A stretch of DNA of 63,268 nucleotides, the filler included, from Reticulomyxa filosa (taxonomy: Eukaryota; Protista; Foraminifera): the NCBI GenBank assembly GCA_000512085.1. It is 17 parts of 17 records of this genome, joined end to end, with 100 filler letters (N's around TTAATTAATTAA, not from the genome) between each part and the next. Parts side by side here need not be neighbours in the genome. Positions count along the whole stretch, not along the records: positions 25,216 to 26,269 come from ASPP01028907.1; positions 26,370 to 34,833 come from ASPP01036466.1; positions 34,934 to 38,007 come from ASPP01013739.1; positions 38,108 to 39,868 come from ASPP01015002.1; 13 more parts are not named here. The stretch is one strand, 5' to 3'. Below, one piece after another: positions 25,951-38,280 of the stretch. The position numbers and the translations under genes were made by a program. The notes beneath the pieces were generated by a model that saw nothing but the letters and a program-made list of their open reading frames with translations, did not search any database and was not told the origin of the DNA. The first letter of the stretch is position 1, and every line of letters starts with the position of its first letter.

Positions 25951-26369
25951 TATAGTTTTTTTCATTATTTATGAATGATAAAATGTAAGCATTTTGTTAT
26001 TTTATTAAAACTTCAAAAATAGATTTGAAAGAAAGTCAAGTAACAGAATTTGATGATTGAACGTGAATAAGGAAAATGAATATAATTGTTTTTTTTATAT
26101 CTCTTTTACGAATAGATATGTAACAACACAAAATATTTTATTTAATTATGCAAATTATTTATCTTTAGGAAAGAACAATAACTTTCATTTATATATTTGC
26201 CAGCACAATTTGTGAAGATATTTTTGAATTCAATTGTAATTCTATAATTGCAGTTGTAAAAACAAATAANNNNNNNNNNNNNNNNNNNNNNNNNNNNNNN
26301 NNNNNNNNNNNNNTTAATTAATTAANNNNNNNNNNNNNNNNNNNNNNNNNNNNNNNNNNNNNNNNNNNN

Positions 26370-27263
26370 CAATGTCATCTTGTCTTGGCTCCACTTCCGT
26401 TGTTGAAGTAGCTCCAGCTTTCCAAAAGACCACCTTTATTGTCATATCCAACAACATTTTTATTTGTCTCAAATAAGACAAATATCTTACGAATAACACA
26501 TATCTACACATACATATATATATGTATATATATGTATGTATATTGCACACTTTTTGCTCTAATCCTCTTGACTGCATTGAAAGTGGTATAATGTGAGCAA
26601 TTGACTCTTTACTCGATACTAAAACATCTATAGAATATACTTTCGGAAATTGAATGTCATGTATTGTCACAGAGCTTGATTCATTAATAGAATAACGGCA
26701 TTCGATTTCATCGCCTTCTTGCATTTCCAAATGTTTCCATTTTTCGTCATTTAGATGAATTGCTACTTGCATGTTGTTCTATTGCATTGCATACCACTTT
26801 TTTTTAAAAAAATAAAGTGTCAATTTTTTTATTTGCAATAGAAATAGTAAGGATACCTTCAATGTCACATAAGCGCTGTTTATTCTTTTTACAATTTTGG
26901 AGACCAATACAACTTCTGTGATTCTGTTTTTTTTTTTTTTAAATGCTGCTTGTTTGTTGATTGTTCGACTACTCAATATCACACAGTGCATAGAACATAC
27001 TCGACAGGAGTTGGAATGCTTAGCTTCTTAGACATGTCTTTGATGGCGTCATTCAATCTTCCTTTTGTTGCAGTTTTTAATTCCACTTTGTTAAACACTT
27101 CTTCCCAGTCTTTTTCTGTTAGTCTGGCAACGTCTTCCATACACGTACATTCTTGACCATCACGAAGCACACTGAATAAGCTCTCTGCTTGTTCCTGTTT
27201 CATTCGCACAGGCGGATTTATCAAGAAGGACAATATGTCATCATCCGTATCCAGCAACAACAT
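26370..27263 (-). CDS. Multi-exon protein with N-terminal SAM-like domain, 3' truncated
   Basis: ATG at 27263. The first exon (DDILSFLINPPVRMKQEQAESLFSVLR...EDVARLTEKDWEEVFNKVELKTATKGRL) is followed by beta-rich exons at about 26860-26925, 26550-26780 and 26370-26470. Confidence 0.65.
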
Positions 27264-27950
27264 GTTGAATCAGAAACGCTTTTTTTTGCAGAATTTTTCC
27301 TTTGAGCTGCCGTTTTTAAGATAGTGTGTAGTGAATGTGTATCCTTGAGCTCTTGTTTTTATAAACTCATTCTAAGATAGAACATAAAATTCAAAAAAAA
27401 GAATGACAAAGATGGAAAAATTGCAAGAAATTTACAGAAAAACGTTTATTTAAAAGGATGCTCCCTTAATTACATTTTGATAGGTTTGGCAATTTAATTA
27501 TAACTTCTTACTTCCACACTACTTTTAATCACCAGTTGTTTTGTTGTATGCGATTATACATTTGCAATAGGTGTATGTGCGAAAGTTCCGTAAACTGTTG
27601 AACTAAAAAGAATTTTTTTAAACGTCAAAGTAAATTTGGTGAATCCAAAAGAACAATACTTTCAACCTTTGATTCAAGTCATAAAAATTACCTCATGTTT
27701 ATACAATTAAATAAAAATTATATTTTCCTGACTAGTCAAAATTATTTTACAATACAAAAAAGGAGACTATCTGAAATACCTGTCAAAATGACCGACACTT
27801 CAATGCCAGCAAAAAACATGTGTAAAAAAAAATAAATAGCCAAATTCAAAAGAGCCTTTCCTTTACTATTTTCATTCCGACTTAAAATTTACTTTGCTAT
27901 ATTTGTAAGCATTTTTACGACAAAAATTGACGATGAGATCAGCTATCTCT

Positions 27951-28330
27951 TTAAGGTTCAACTTTTTTTTGCACGACAAAGATCCAACCAATATTTTCAT
28001 TCCCTTTTTGATTCGATATTAATATTTGAATTGTGGTGTCCCATGAATATGACACATATTGACAAAGAGGAAATGCTGCAGTCATTATATAATTGGAATG
28101 TCCTATAGATTGTTTCAGTCGCTTATCAGATTTCATATCCATCAAACAATCTTGTTATCAGTAGCAAATGATAACATCATTCGGTCATTTGGTAAAAACT
28201 ATGCTCTCAATATGAAATTTGAGATCATTCGAATTTTTGAATCTCTTTCCAAAATTTGCATTTCATTACCGTATTGTTTTGTTAGCTGAACACATTTACT
28301 ATCTGAAGTAAACCTCGTATGTATTATTGA
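27951..28330 (-). pseudogene. WD40 gene remnant
   Basis: RLKQSIGHSNYIMTAAF...SYSWDTTIQI and other broken WD40-like segments with stops and frameshifts. Confidence 0.6.
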
Positions 28331-29199
28331 ATCTAAATACCTCCTCTCTATCTCACATTCTAATTTCTACATTCTATAATTGAATTGTGTTAACACAAGA
28401 GCCTGAAACAATAGTATTCTCATGCACGATGGATAAAAGAATAATGTCTTATGAATATTGAATTTGGTTTCCTGATGCATTGTTTGTAACTACAAAAATC
28501 TTTGTTGATTGTTTTGTTTCTCATTAAGGAATTTCAGTTCATAAAACTTAACAAAAAAAGAGAGATCATATCAACAAAAAATGATAACTTCTGATGGATT
28601 AGCTCTGCTTTTCAGACTCTTTTACTTTTATCCAATTTGACAAACTCTTGAAGGTTCAAGAATAGCAACGACAAATAATAATTCAAATTTTAAAGGACAT
28701 CATATATGTACTTGAAACAAATAGATTTGACCTTGATTCCAATGAGAAAAAAGGCCATACATGCAAAAAACAACAGGCAAATAAATATAAGAAAATAAAT
28801 ATTATAAAACTAATTAGTAATTTGCCAAAACTATTCCAAGGAATACAATCAGCACAATTGGAGGAAAAAACAAATGAAATCTTTTTTCCTTTTTTTATTC
28901 AAACCGAATAAACTTTGTTGAAGAATATGTTTTTTTGTTCTTTTGTTATATTGGTTTATGTCGTGAAAAAACGTAATACTCAAAATTTCGTAAATTATTT
29001 TGTTTCTATTCTATTATGCTTTTGAAATCTTCAAAAATGTGAATACAACATTTTACTTTTTCTGAATTTTTTTTTTACAGCCATTAAGTAAGATGACAAA
29101 AAAAGAACAAACCTTTAATAATTGCATTCAACTTAAAAAACAAACTCAATACTATTTTTCTTTTCTTTTATCAAACTTTTCAATAGTCAAAAAAGCAAA

Positions 29200-30609
29200 T
29201 TATCCCCAAATACAAATGGGACCATTTCTTGAACCATAACACAAGTTCAAATCATAAGTACTATTCTTTGTATTTTTGCTGTTCTTCTCTTTCGTTTTCA
29301 ATACCATCGATTTAAGACATAATATTCCATCATTTTTTTCGTCTCCTTTGATAACATGCAATTCTTCCTTATTTGATCGAACATCCCAAAATCGAATTGT
29401 GTTATCTTGTGATCCAGAACATACCACATTTGAACTGTCACCAAATTCACTATTTTTTATTACAAATGGTGAATATTCAACAGCATAAATCCAATCTCTA
29501 TGTCCACTAAACGCTTGAATTTGTTGACCAGATCGAATATCCCACAAACGAACACTTCTATCTTGTGATCCAGATAATATTGTATTTGCACCTCCAGTAT
29601 TTCTTAATTCATTTGATCCATATTTTACACTTCTCATAAAGTCTCTATGTCCTGTGAAAACAGTCAATTGTTTGGTTGTTTCGATATCCCATGTGCGAAT
29701 GGTCTTATCACCTGCTCCAGAACAAATGGTATATCCATTACCACCAATCACGCCAATATTATTACTTTTATTCTCATTATGATTGTTATTGCTTTGCGAT
29801 GGTGAAAAGTCCACACACCAAACAATACCTTCATGTCCATTGAAAATATGCAATAAATTGGATGTTTCGACATCCCATAAATGAATAGTATTGTCATATG
29901 TTCCAGAACACAAATATCGACCACCATTAAAAGATGAGAATTCAATGCCACAAAATTCACTAGCGCCTCCATTGAACATTTGCAATTGTGCATTATCTTT
30001 GATATCCCAAAAACGAATGGTTTTGTCACCTGATGAAGAAATAACATTGCGATGACGGTTATGATAATGATACAACGAAAATTTTACGCAATACACATAA
30101 CCTGGATGTCCTTTAAATAATTGAATTTGTTTATTATTCTCGACATCCCATAAACGAACTGTTTTATCATCTGATCCAGAACAAATGAATTGACCGCCAT
30201 CAAATGTTACATAATCAACACTCCTCACACGATCAGTATGTCCAATGAATGTCTTGAGTAGCTTAGAATAAGAACGAAACATGTCTAGCATGAAGACTGC
30301 AGTTGCCTGTATTAAATTGTAGATATGAATAATATTAACAAATAAATGTTTACTATTGAATGAAACAAAAACATAACATAATTGACAACAAGTCTGTCAA
30401 AATCATGAATCCACCCTAATTTAATCTCTAATATTCGAATCCAATGCCGAATGATTATTTGGATCTCTTCTTCTTCGGATTTCTTCAATCATAAGTCACA
30501 TACAATAAATACAACCAAGCTAAAAACAACTAGCTTTCTGAAAGACTGAAATGAAGCTTACCAATGCCTGTTGCATTGAAATTTGTGTTTTATCGCTATA
30601 CGTAGTCAT
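29200..30609 (-). CDS. WD40-repeat protein with short N-terminal 'HWIR...LGW..DF' motif, three exons
   Basis: ATG at 30609 and a GTAAGC donor. Exon 2 reads EEIQIIIRHWIRILEIKLGWIHDFDRLVVNY. Exon 3 starts at 30307 and holds about 7 GH...WD repeats with the insert NIGVIGGNGYTICSG. Confidence 0.92.
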
Positions 30610-30906
30610 TCTTCCAATTTTTTCTTTGAATTTATCTTAGACGCTGTAAGATGAAAAATGATTGAAAAGGTTGCCAAAAGCACACTGACGAAAGAAAATA
30701 AATTCAACAATGTCTGTGTTTTTTTTTTAACGTAGAATAATTTTTGAAATGGAATAAGATACTTAAATTACAAGTCAGTTTCATATTTTTAACAACAGCT
30801 TTTGAGTACAAGGAAAAAAATTGAGAAAGGAAAACGCAAAGTTCAAGTTTAAAAAAAATCTTCAAGAGTAATTAATCGTTTTTCTGCAAATAAAAGAAGT
30901 AAGGGA

Positions 30907-32040
30907 ATGGATATTATCGACAACAAAAAAGAAACGACAACAACGCAATTGATAAGTTGAAATTTTATCTGTAAGAGGCTAATCAGTTAATAAACTAACA
31001 AAACAGTCACAAAAAGTAATACTCAAAAATCGAATCCAATTTCGAATAATCAATTGTATTTAATTAGGCTGGATCAATGATTTCAATAAAATTGTCTTCA
31101 AATACGTTAAGTCTTTTTTTTTGTATTTTGCATAATTTAATTAAAATATTTATTTCCATATGATCATATAGGCAAAGTTTTTTAAATTATTAAAAATGTT
31201 CATAATTTTTATGTGGTATCTGTACGATTTTCATCAGATGGTAGAAAGATTGCTTTATCGTCATGGGACACCAGGAAAACAAATACATATCTTTGAAGGA
31301 CATACCTATGCAATCTGTGCTGTAGGATTTTCACCTGATGATCAAATAATAGCTTCAGGTTCATGTGACCATACAATTCGATTATGGGATGTGAAATCAG
31401 GAAAAGAAATAATGAAATTGGAAGGACATTACGGTACGATATTTTGTTTAAGATTTTCTTCAGATGGTAAAAATATTGTTTCAAGTTCGGCTGATAGGAC
31501 GATACGATTATAGGATGTAAGTACTGGAAAATTGATAAAAATATTAGCAGGCCATTCTACTAGTGTAACGAGAGTATACAATACTTACCAGATAATCGAA
31601 TGATTGTATCGTGGTCATATGATGGTATAATTGGTTTATGTGATGTACAATCGGATATAAAATTAAGAAAATTTTTAGGACAACATATCAGAGGTATACA
31701 CTGTGCAATATTTTGTCTGGATAGTCGATGTATTGCATCTTGTGCAAATGATATGGATGCAATCCGAATATGGGATGCAAAAACTGGAAAAGAGTTGAGG
31801 AGATTAGAAGGACACACAAATGATATTAAATCTTTGAACTATTTTTCCGATGGTCAAACTCTTGCACCTTGTTCAGATGATGCCACAATTCGAATATGGA
31901 ATGTAAAAAACAGGAAATGAAACACAGAAATTGGAAGGACATTTGTATATGATAACAGGAATTGACATTTCACCGGATGATAGTACAATTGTATCATGCT
32001 CTTGGGACAAAACAATTCGAATTTAGGGATAATCAATTTG
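30907..32040 (+). pseudogene. WD40-repeat pseudogene with the same LGW..DF N-terminal motif
   Basis: LGWINDFNKIVFKY at about 31063-31105 is followed by WD40 repeats (EGHTYAICAVGFSPDDQIIASGSCDHTIRLWD). A TGG-to-TAG stop at 31511-31513, deletions and frameshifts interrupt them. Confidence 0.85.
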
Positions 32041-32599
32041 GAAAAAAAATAAAAATAAAATTTTTTTAAAAAAACAGCAAGATTAAATTCCACTAGAAAA
32101 TGAAATCAGGCTCATCAGCAATGTGTCTTTTATGCACCGCAATGCCCCAGTTTATTTGCACAACAGTCAAAAAATTTTTTTTGTACAAATAAACCAAGAA
32201 GTTGATTTTTGTGATTATTTCTTGTGAAATTTTATCTTTTAACGATCAAGAAGCATTTCTTTTCTGTGGACAAGAAATCTTAATAAAAAAGGGATGGTGA
32301 AAACATAAGTGAAACAGGACTACTGATTTTTAAATTCCTTAACAATGGAGACTTTGAAGAGTAATATAAAAAAGAAGCCATTGTTGACAACAAACAATTT
32401 TAGTTGAATTTTAAATAAATATTTTCTGCTAAAAGCCTTTATACTTGTGAACGAAAATAAATAAAATATTTTCGCATTAAGATCGTCTCCAATTTTCATA
32501 TCTGAAACTTTATCTTTGTTTTCAAGTTAATCGATCAGATAATGTAGCTAACTTTAATCCAGAAAAAAAGGGTTGGTTATCCAAATTCGAAATTGTGAA

Positions 32600-34084
32600 A
32601 TGTGCATAAATAGCATTGTGACAATTGGATCAAAACAATATGAGTTTGCACTGAAGCTTTTGACAATTGAAAATTTAAAAGAGCAGATTATTGAAATAAG
32701 CGAGTCAGATCAGCAAGGGACAGAACTAATTAGAATTACAGACACGAGAGGTTACAGTATTGAAACAGATGAACATGTCCAACGATCGGTTGAGCATGAT
32801 CAACTGCAATGTAATGCTTATTTTCAAGCGAATATAGGAAAAAGAGATAGCAAAGAAGATGAAAAAGAAACAGAAACAGAAGAAATAGCAATGGAGTATG
32901 ATAGCGACACCAAAGCAAATGAATTGATAATTGCGCACAAAAGTTTAGATGGAACGCTTGACGTGACGAAGCATTGGGATATAAATTGGATGAAAGCAAA
33001 TGTCGAAGCAGCCAAAATGGTGGAGCAAACATTGGATGCAAATGAGCAAGGATTGGTAATTGTGGTGAAAGCAGGATGTGAATGGCAAAACAGAGCGAGT
33101 TCAAATGGAGTGAAAACGACAAAGATGGATAGTTCGTTGTTTGCATTGATGCACAATCCCAAAACGGAGAGATATCAATTTGGTGATTACTTGGTGTATT
33201 GGATGAAGCAGAAATTGATTATATTGAAAGATATGAACATTGATGGAAATATATATGTGATTGATTGTGAGATTGCAATCGAAGGAAATGTAAATGTCAC
33301 AACACAAATATTTGTCACAAAGAATGCAATTGTGGATCAAAAATTGAAGCTATTACTTTCACCCATTCAATGGAACACAAGAATTCACCATGATATTCCT
33401 GTCCAACTCCAACATCTCCAAGATAAGACACAATTTACCCTAACTCTGGGAGATGTCACAAATGCTGCTCTTCATTCACAAGAGGCCATTCAAATCGCAA
33501 TTCATGCGTTCGGGTCTGAACATCCTTATGTGGCAAATGCATACAACAATTTAGGTGTGGTGTATGGCGAACAAAAAAAATATGACGATGCTATGGACTG
33601 TCATAAAATAGCTTTGGAAATCAGTTTGAAAATTTTTGGGAGATATCATGCGTGGACAAGTAATTTATGTGATCATTTGGGCAGAATTTGTCGCACAAAG
33701 AAATTATATGATGAAGCCATTCAATATCATAAACAAGTGTTACAAATTAGATTGCATATCTTTGATACCAATAGCATAGATGTTTCCATTGCATACCATC
33801 AATTAGGAATGTCCTATTCTGATCACAATCAATGTGATCTTGCAATTCAATGCCTTAAAAAAGCTTTACACATACGCAAATTGATCTTCGGAAATGCAGA
33901 ACAGATGATTGGTGACACCAATTGGAATTTGGCTGTCGTTTTTGAACAAAAAGGAAAAATTGATACTGCTTTGAAGTATTATGAAGAGTCTTGGAAAGTT
34001 TATAGTTGTGTATTAGGGGAATGGCATCAAGAAACTTTACACTCAAAACAAAAATTACAAAAATTGAGAGATGTTTTTCCTTGA
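32600..34084 (+). CDS. Protein with N-terminal PB1/beta-grasp-like domain and C-terminal 42-aa TPR repeats
   Basis: Long ORF with kinesin-light-chain-type TPRs (HPYVANAYNNLGVVY...ALEISLKIFG). The N-terminal 75 aa show an acidic ITDTRG.SIETDE pattern. Confidence 0.85.
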   Translation: MCINSIVTIGSKQYEFALKLLTIENLKEQIIEISESDQQGTELIRITDTRGYSIETDEHVQRSVEHDQLQCNAYFQANIGKRDSKEDEKETETEEIAMEYDSDTKANELIIAHKSLDGTLDVTKHWDINWMKANVEAAKMVEQTLDANEQGLVIVVKAGCEWQNRASSNGVKTTKMDSSLFALMHNPKTERYQFGDYLVYWMKQKLIILKDMNIDGNIYVIDCEIAIEGNVNVTTQIFVTKNAIVDQKLKLLLSPIQWNTRIHHDIPVQLQHLQDKTQFTLTLGDVTNAALHSQEAIQIAIHAFGSEHPYVANAYNNLGVVYGEQKKYDDAMDCHKIALEISLKIFGRYHAWTSNLCDHLGRICRTKKLYDEAIQYHKQVLQIRLHIFDTNSIDVSIAYHQLGMSYSDHNQCDLAIQCLKKALHIRKLIFGNAEQMIGDTNWNLAVVFEQKGKIDTALKYYEESWKVYSCVLGEWHQETLHSKQKLQKLRDVFP

Positions 34085-34933
34085 TCCAGGAACAACATCT
34101 AATATTATTCCATGTTCACCTTTTTTTTTTCAACATTTTCAACCCCTTTTTTTTTACCGTGTAATTTGTGCGTCGAGCACGCTTACAAGGTATTTCCTTG
34201 GAATGAACTTTCGTGTAAAGGGAGTGAAAAGTAAACGCCATGTTTTATAAACTTTTTCTTTTTTTAATACAATCAACGCTACTTTTTTAACAGTGCCAGT
34301 GAAAGAAAATTTTTTCATATGATCATGAAAAAGATAACCAACTCTATTGATTGAATCACAAATTCTCTGGTCGTCCCCCCTCAAAAGTTCCACAAAAAAG
34401 TCTTGTTCTGATTTTTTTAAAAAATATTGTTGTCAGTCAATTAATGTAAGGTGAATAAATTTTAACGCTGGGATATGAAAACTGCATTTCAACAACATTT
34501 TGCTTGTTTTAAATTATATCTTTCAAAAATAATTTTTTTAAACCCTTTTGAGCAACTGTCGTCCCATTTTGGGCCTTAAAAAAAAAATGGCATTTCAAAA
34601 ACTCTTTGGCCCGACATGGAAGAGAAAACAAGGATTTCAAATATTGCACTTCTGACACATGTGATTATAGTTTAGAAGATTGGGGAGGAAAGGGCAAAGA
34701 AGAGAAGAAACGGAAATGAAAAAAACAGACATTGAACAACAACCAAAATTGGTGGATTAACTCATGCAAGAATAAATTCATACAAGTCTGACCTGACTCC
34801 AAATATTTGACACAAGCAAAAAAAAAAAAAAAANNNNNNNNNNNNNNNNNNNNNNNNNNNNNNNNNNNNNNNNNNNNTTAATTAATTAANNNNNNNNNNN
34901 NNNNNNNNNNNNNNNNNNNNNNNNNNNNNNNNN

Positions 34934-35553
34934 ACTTGTGCTTGCAATTGTGACAGTGGCAATGCCTGTCTATGATTAACAGGATCGACAGGATCGTGTT
35001 GCGAGTCCTCCGTGCTGCTTTCTTCACTAGTCTGTGCCGACGACAGCTTTCGATCTGCGTCCGTCGACGCAGCGACGCCAGTATCGAGCCCCTCGACGGA
35101 GATAGGAACGACATTGGCTTGCACTTGCAAATCCAATTTCTCCTGCTTTTTGAGTTCGTTGCGTCGAAACTCGTCGCGCTTTTGCTTAAGTCTGGCGTCC
35201 TCTGCCAGACGTTGACGCGACCTGTGACAACAATAGACAGCCAGGCAGCACGCGACGACCACGCCACCAACGATGAGTGCCAGCGACGTCGTGGGCAGTG
35301 GCAGCTTACTGTTGTGACCACTGTCCGTCGCAAAGCCAGACGTCTGCGAGCTCGACCCGAGTACAATCGTTACTTCACTTTGCTTCGCATTCAAACTCGT
35401 CTGGGTGTCTTCTTTCTTCGCGTTGAACAGATCCAAGATCTCCTGTTCGACACTCTCCCCTCCTGTCGTTTGTGTTATTATCTCTTTTCTGTTCGTGCTT
35501 ACCGTCACCTGTTTGCAACAAAGCAATATTCTTTATATATACATACATATACA

Positions 35554-35591
<38 letters not shown>

Positions 35592-36621
35592 TTGTATATG
35601 CTCACCTTGCTGTCAATCTTAGCGTCTTTGTACACGGCCATCACGGCGCTGTAGACGATACTCGCGACTTGCGAGTCTTGCACTGTTGGATCGTCGATCG
35701 TGTATGTGTACGAGGTCGTGCATTGAAACACTCCGTCACCTGCTATCACTGGCGCCTTTGTGGGGCTTTGTGTGGTCGGCATTTTTGTTGGAGATACGGA
35801 TGGTGAGAACGTGCCTGCACGTTTGTTTGTTTGTTTGTTTTTTGGTAGCAAACATACTTAGTTTGAACACTTGAGCATGTTTGAATATACGTATACGTAT
35901 ACGTATATGGTTGTGTCTCTCATTGTCGAAATGTAGCAAAACTGGGAGAAAACGTGGTCAAGGCCGGCCAGTCGCAAAGAAGCTGTGTTACCGAAGAGTA
36001 GATCTTGCCAGGGGGACTTGCTGTGGCGTCTAGGTTGATCGCCATGTACGTACACCCCAAGGGCCCGGTCAGGTCAGTGATACAACCCAACACAAAAGGG
36101 GGACCTATTGTCACTTTTTTTGAATCCACTTGAACCGTACCTAAAAAAAAAAAAAAATAATAATAATAATAGGAAAATGTCCACAATTGATTTTTTTTTA
36201 TAAACATGATAAATATGATATACAAAAAGTGCTCATAACTGAAACAGAACTCGTCCAGACAACCATTTTCATGCAGTAAGTACACGTAGCGAATTGTTCC
36301 AATATCTTTTGGGTTAGTTATTTCCATTGTGTCGCCGTCGTTGATGCCGTCCGCAACATAGTAGTAATATGTACATTCGGCACCAGTTGTTCGATCTCCT
36401 GCACACAACGTTATGTAGTATGTACACGAGGTGGAATCACCCGGGCCGGGCAGACCCCAAGTCAATTTGTATGTCCGACTGCCAATTGCTTTTTGTTTGT
36501 TTGTCATTTAATAGATTCACACACTCCAGTCTTCAAGCAAATGTCACTGTTCCGAAAAATGATCAACATGAAAGGCCTTACCTCCAACATACAGCAACCA
36601 ACAAAATAAAAGAACAAACAT
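34934..36621 (-). CDS. Type I membrane protein: signal peptide, PLAT/LH2-like domain, Pro/Thr stalk, TM helix, cytosolic tail; 3' truncated
   Basis: Exon MFVLLFCWLLYVG is followed by a GTAAGG donor. Later exons give YKLTWG...STSCTYYITL...GDTMEIT..KDIGTIRYVYLLHE, SPTKMPTTQSPTKAP, and TM LALIVGGVVVACCLAVYCC followed by basic residues. Confidence 0.75.
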
Positions 36622-37114
36622 AGCCAACCTATTTCCTGGTTGTGGCCTCTTTTGTGTACTTTTCTAATTCTTGATTGTGTTTAAAAGCGGTAGTACTTCC
36701 AAACTTTGAAACATATCCATTGTAATATATGCAATGGAATTTTGCTGAAACAGGTTTATTGCAATGCTCGAAACGAGACATTTCTTAATTTTCAGAATGA
36801 TCACTCTGAAATTTTTTTTTTTAACAGACAGCTGATGATGTAGAAAAAGTTTTGCAAATTGTAATAGTAAGAGAAGACAGGTTTTGTCAAATGGGAAAAG
36901 AGTTCTTTAGCTGAATGCGCCGCAGTTTACTTTCACAAAAGTATGGCATGACAAAACGTTTTGTCCTCACATCCAAACAAACACAAAGCAAAAAAAAAAA
37001 GTAATCTTTTGATAGTGTGAAGTTGTCAAGTTTGACAAACTGACGGCTGTGATGCAAGTGAAAATAAAAGAAAACAGCATCAAAAAGTAGTGTTTTGAAT
37101 TTGAGTTGATGCAT

Positions 37115-37937
37115 TTACTGCAACAGCTTAGCGATCAAAGTGTGAACATGCATTCGTTTCAAGTCGGCATAGGTTTGTCCAACGCCAACAAAAATGATCG
37201 GCTTTCCACTTTCGTAGGACACATTGATAGCAGTGCCGACCTTGTCGTCCACCAAATCAAACTTGGTGAGGATGATGCCATCAATCAAGCGTGCATTGCT
37301 TGACGCGGAGTACCTTTGCAAGCACTTGCCGAATTCGCTCAACTGATTGACACCGTCATTGCCAGCCATAGCTTCACCCACAAAAAGAACCAAGTCTGGG
37401 TTGTTTCGACTTATCAGCGTCACCAATTGACGCATCAGTCGTTCGTTGTTTTGCATACGACCAGCCGTGTCGATTAACACAACGTCGTCGTGCTGTATTG
37501 TTCGATGGAATATTCATATTTCATATTATCGTTATGTTAATAGTTCATAGTTCACACACACACACATAAGCAAATCAAGATAAGCAAATACACAAACAAA
37601 CCACTTTGGTGGCTTCTCTGATCGCCGCAGCAGCAACAGCGGCCGCGTCTCTGGCATAGCCCTGTTGAAACAAGCGTACTTTGAGTGCTTTGCAGTGTGT
37701 TTTCAACTGTTCGACAGCTCCACTTCGAAAAGTGTCGCATGCAGCTACAGACACTTGTAAATTACGTGACTTCAAATAGTGAATGACTTTGGCCAATGAT
37801 GTGCTCTTACCTACACCATTGACTCCGATAAACACTATCGAATAGGGTCGATGTTGTTCTCGCGCATTTGCGATGCCGTGCAATACATTGATCGGACGAG
37901 TTGGGGTTAAGATGCGTTCCAATGCACTTGTCATTGC
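37115..37937 (-). CDS. SRPRA: Signal recognition particle receptor alpha subunit, NG GTPase domain, 5' truncated
   Basis: GVNGVGKSTSLAK, DTFRSGAVEQL, DTAGRMQNN, VGEA..GND, TKFD and GVGQTY.DL motifs across two exons. Confidence 0.95.
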
Positions 37938-37967
37938 CTTTGCAATACATAACAAATACATACATAA

Positions 37968-37999
<32 letters not shown>

Positions 38000-38280
38000 A
38001 CATTTATNNNNNNNNNNNNNNNNNNNNNNNNNNNNNNNNNNNNNNNNNNNNTTAATTAATTAANNNNNNNNNNNNNNNNNNNNNNNNNNNNNNNNNNNNN
38101 NNNNNNNTAAAAAAAGGGGGAGCTAAGGGCATGTCCCCTCTGCAATATATGTATATAACATGAACGTGGATCATGAAAACAACAACAATATGGGAAAATT
38201 TTTTTCCTTTCCCTGTGGCCCCCCCCCTCCCCCTCCTTTCTCCTCCTTCCTTCCTTCCAATCTCCTAACCCCTTACAAAG

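Noticed and set aside
35885-35908. Perfect 24-bp palindrome ATATACGTATACGTATACGTATAT as a regulatory site
   Set aside because: It is a self-complementary microsatellite inside an intron, similar to other TA-rich intron tracts.
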